Assembly: GCA_004022145.1 (NCBI GenBank)
Contig: RCNU01000015.1
Reading direction: 5' to 3' (one strand)
DNA: 64,000 bases
Source of the DNA: Paecilomyces variotii
Lineage: Eukaryota
Below the pieces are notes generated by a model. The model worked only from the letters and a program-made list of their open reading frames with translations. It made no database searches and had not been told where the DNA came from. Shown here in pieces: positions 61,650 to 64,000 of this stretch (position 1 is the first letter of the stretch; every line of letters starts with the position of its first letter). The position numbers and the translations under genes were made by a program.

Positions 61650-63413
61650 TCAGATCATGTTATCGGCAGTTGGTGTAGGGACTCGCTTCTTGCGGCCTAA
61701 GCGGATACCCATAAAGCTCTTGCCCGCCGCTCGACTATCGCCCGTATCTTGTGTACGCTTCTGGCTCTTTTCCTTGCTGGAACTTGGTCCAGAATCGGCA
61801 TCGTAGGGTGGATCTGCGATAGGGTCCAGAGTGGATGCAAGATCCATGGTCGACGACGAACGGACGCCTAGAGGCGTATATAGCATGCTCGAGCCCCTAG
61901 CGTAAGGGTAGGTTGCATTTTGGCGACCGATACCAATATCCCCATCAAAAGTTGATACAGAACGCTGGTGGCTAGAGTCAGGCGAGAACGTGTAGGACAC
62001 AGGACTTGCTGTGAGAGATGGTTCCGGACCCTCGACTGGACGGAAAGACATTGAGATAGATCTGGGATTCCGTCGGGGTCCCTTTCTGAAAAGATTGTGC
62101 GACAGAGATGGCTTGAAAGACTTTCTAGAGTCAGAAGAAAACGACCTCTGACCCTGTGTCACGCTTGTATCCACGGTGCCGAAGCTCGAGATTCTCCGAG
62201 GACCCAATGGTCCCAGGCTGGATGCAGGACGTTGCGACTGAGGAAAAACGTCGATTGACTGCCGCTCGGGCGAGAAGGTTAGAGGAGCATGAAACGAAAA
62301 TGACATTGACCGGGGACTCAATGGATGAGGCATAGGGGGCATCTCAGAAAAGTTCGTTATCGTAGCACTGGTCTCTTCTCCCGGCTTTGGCTCTCCTGCG
62401 AGAAACCCCAGCGTCGGAGATTCGATCAGAGCGGTTTCTCGATTCCTGCTCCGGCTTTCGGTTCTGCTGTGACGACGGCCATGCATAGGAGTAGCCCCGC
62501 CCATGCTTGATGGACGGCTGCTCGACCGTCTCGCCTGTTTCTGGGAGTTTGTAGACGTCGTATATGATTCGGCAGATAGCGTCGAAGCAAGAGACAACGA
62601 GCTGTATCTCTTTTGACTTGTTCTCCTCCCTGGTCTTGTACTGCTTCGTCCACTGCTGCCCCGACTGCTTTTGCTGAGGCCCCGTCTGAGGCGAGCTGCA
62701 TTGTCCTCCTTCGTGGGAGACGTGCGGTTCGACGAAGGAGCGATGGAGATCAGGCTTGGTCGCGTCGAAGGAATCATGTACATAACCGGGGTAGCCACGA
62801 GCAACGACGAATCGGCATCCTCAACAGAAGACATGCTGTCACGGTTGCTGGACTGATGATACAAGTCCATCTCTGATTCCGGTGCATCTGCAGGAACCAC
62901 CACCGCGGTTCCTCTCAGGATCGGAGACGGCATAGGGGAAGTCGTCAAAGGCGTTGCAGGCGACATGACCTCTTCCTCGTCCTTATAAAAGGACCCTGGC
63001 ACGAAGGTCGCAGTACTACTTCGCTTGACAGTCTCCATCGACACCGGCCGTGACTTCTGACCGCTCGATAGAAAGGGCGATAGCATGCTCCTGCGGTTAT
63101 TGCCTGTCTGCCGGGTTTGGACGTCGTCAGAGGCCTGCTCATCCGCGCTCAATTCCGAATCAAAAGCTCCCATATCACTGTCCGCGTCGACGGGCGAGTA
63201 CATGCGACCGTTCCCGTTGGTTTCTGCCTCGGATATTTCCTCCTCTTCTGATTCATACCTTCGCAGCATGGCTGGGGAATTCTCCGCAAGGAAGGTAACA
63301 TCGTGAGCTTGCTTCATGTTCTGTCGGTCGGCGACAAGATTCATGTTTCGATCTGTGCTGTGTAGGCTGAAGCTGCTTTCGCAGCGAGATGTCTGCTCAG
63401 ATGAAGGATGCAT
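61650..63413 (-). CDS. Hypothetical Ser/Arg-rich, probably disordered protein
   Basis: Uninterrupted 587-aa ORF with no recognised domain. Short motifs LRRYESEEEEISE and KSRPVSMETVKR. The start codon is uncertain. Confidence 0.7.
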   Translation of the reverse strand: MHPSSEQTSRCESSFSLHSTDRNMNLVADRQNMKQAHDVTFLAENSPAMLRRYESEEEEISEAETNGNGRMYSPVDADSDMGAFDSELSADEQASDDVQTRQTGNNRRSMLSPFLSSGQKSRPVSMETVKRSSTATFVPGSFYKDEEEVMSPATPLTTSPMPSPILRGTAVVVPADAPESEMDLYHQSSNRDSMSSVEDADSSLLVATPVMYMIPSTRPSLISIAPSSNRTSPTKEDNAARLRRGLSKSSRGSSGRSSTRPGRRTSQKRYSSLSLASTLSAESYTTSTNSQKQARRSSSRPSSMGGATPMHGRRHSRTESRSRNRETALIESPTLGFLAGEPKPGEETSATITNFSEMPPMPHPLSPRSMSFSFHAPLTFSPERQSIDVFPQSQRPASSLGPLGPRRISSFGTVDTSVTQGQRSFSSDSRKSFKPSLSHNLFRKGPRRNPRSISMSFRPVEGPEPSLTASPVSYTFSPDSSHQRSVSTFDGDIGIGRQNATYPYARGSSMLYTPLGVRSSSTMDLASTLDPIADPPYDADSGPSSSKEKSQKRTQDTGDSRAAGKSFMGIRLGRKKRVPTPTADNMI

Positions 63414-64000
63414 AATGATCTATCTCCCCCGCACATCCACAGTACCATGCCCGATGTACGAGTGACAGGAGATATAAAATCGAGAGACCGAGCGTTTATC
63501 AAAGAGAGGCTGGATCCCTTACTTCAGCGTCGGAGGGGAAAGCTCAGTGGGGCCTTGCTGAGCGAAATGTTCGACGCTTGCCTCCTGACAAGGAGTTATG
63601 AAGCCTTTATGGGAGAGGGATATGCACGATCCATGCTTCAGCGCCGCGCAGATATGGAAATGGGGACACTGGCACACGTGGGTTCGTGGACGGAGCGGGC
63701 TCTCAAGGGTCCTGTTCAGTCGCACTACCCCTTGCAACTGGACAGTGGGCATGCAGTTCTTATCAGCATGACACATTTACCAAGACAGAAAAGACTTCAG
63801 AATGTCTCGGATCATCCTTACTTTCTTGAGCTGCCCCTCCCGCAACTCTGAGCTAGCCCGAGAATTCCGGGGTGCAAGCTGCCTTAGGGCGCCGATTTTG
63901 GAGATCGTCTTGGGGGCCATATCTAAGTCTAGCACTATCAGACCAAGATAGAAAAAAACAGACTTGGACAATCGATGTGTCCAGTGCAATCATCTCGCAT

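Noticed and set aside
63810-63870. Fifth copy of the dispersed element (TGAGCTAGCCCGAGAATTCC)
   Set aside because: Only a ~20-bp core similarity with gappy flanks, which is not distinguishable from chance by eye. It is not listed as a feature.
1-64000. tRNA, 5S rRNA or snRNA genes
   Set aside because: No convincing A/B-box cloverleaf or rRNA signature was seen by eye. tRNAscan-SE or Infernal would be needed to exclude them.

Overview
This is eukaryotic DNA from a filamentous ascomycete. Short GT-AG introns with CTRAC branch points and Aspergillus-type genes point to Eurotiales (inference). The first ~17 kb is a conserved housekeeping block: condensin ycg1/cnd3 (runs off the left edge), cysteine synthase cysB (needs a GC-AG intron), a D-lactate/D-2-hydroxyglutarate dehydrogenase, the SIN kinase sid1/sepL, a DUF4048-like gene and tim22. 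From ~18 to 60 kb the window looks accessory. It holds a sulfite-oxidase-family enzyme and a putative catabolic group (SDR, decayed Zn2Cys6 regulator, PTH11-like receptor, cyclase-family hydrolase, MFS sugar porter). Next comes a divergent arsenic-resistance pair: an intronless, actinobacterial-looking ArsC and a fungal Acr3, with an 11-bp inverted repeat between them. A zone of decaying genes follows (CDK-like relic, frameshifted ankyrin gene, doubly lesioned AIM9/APH-like gene). The rest is an AMID-like oxidoreductase, a DUF6536-like membrane protein, and a permease / sulfamidase-like sulfatase / Mae1-type transporter trio. The most unexpected signal is an unannotated ~85-90 bp dispersed element found in at least four copies. 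Each copy lies downstream of a gene or gene relic in the same relative orientation, and two copies contain a clear hairpin. No tRNA, rRNA, CRISPR array, transposase or Starship captain gene was recognised. Splice sites and alignments were read by eye and family calls come from remembered motifs, so they need database confirmation.
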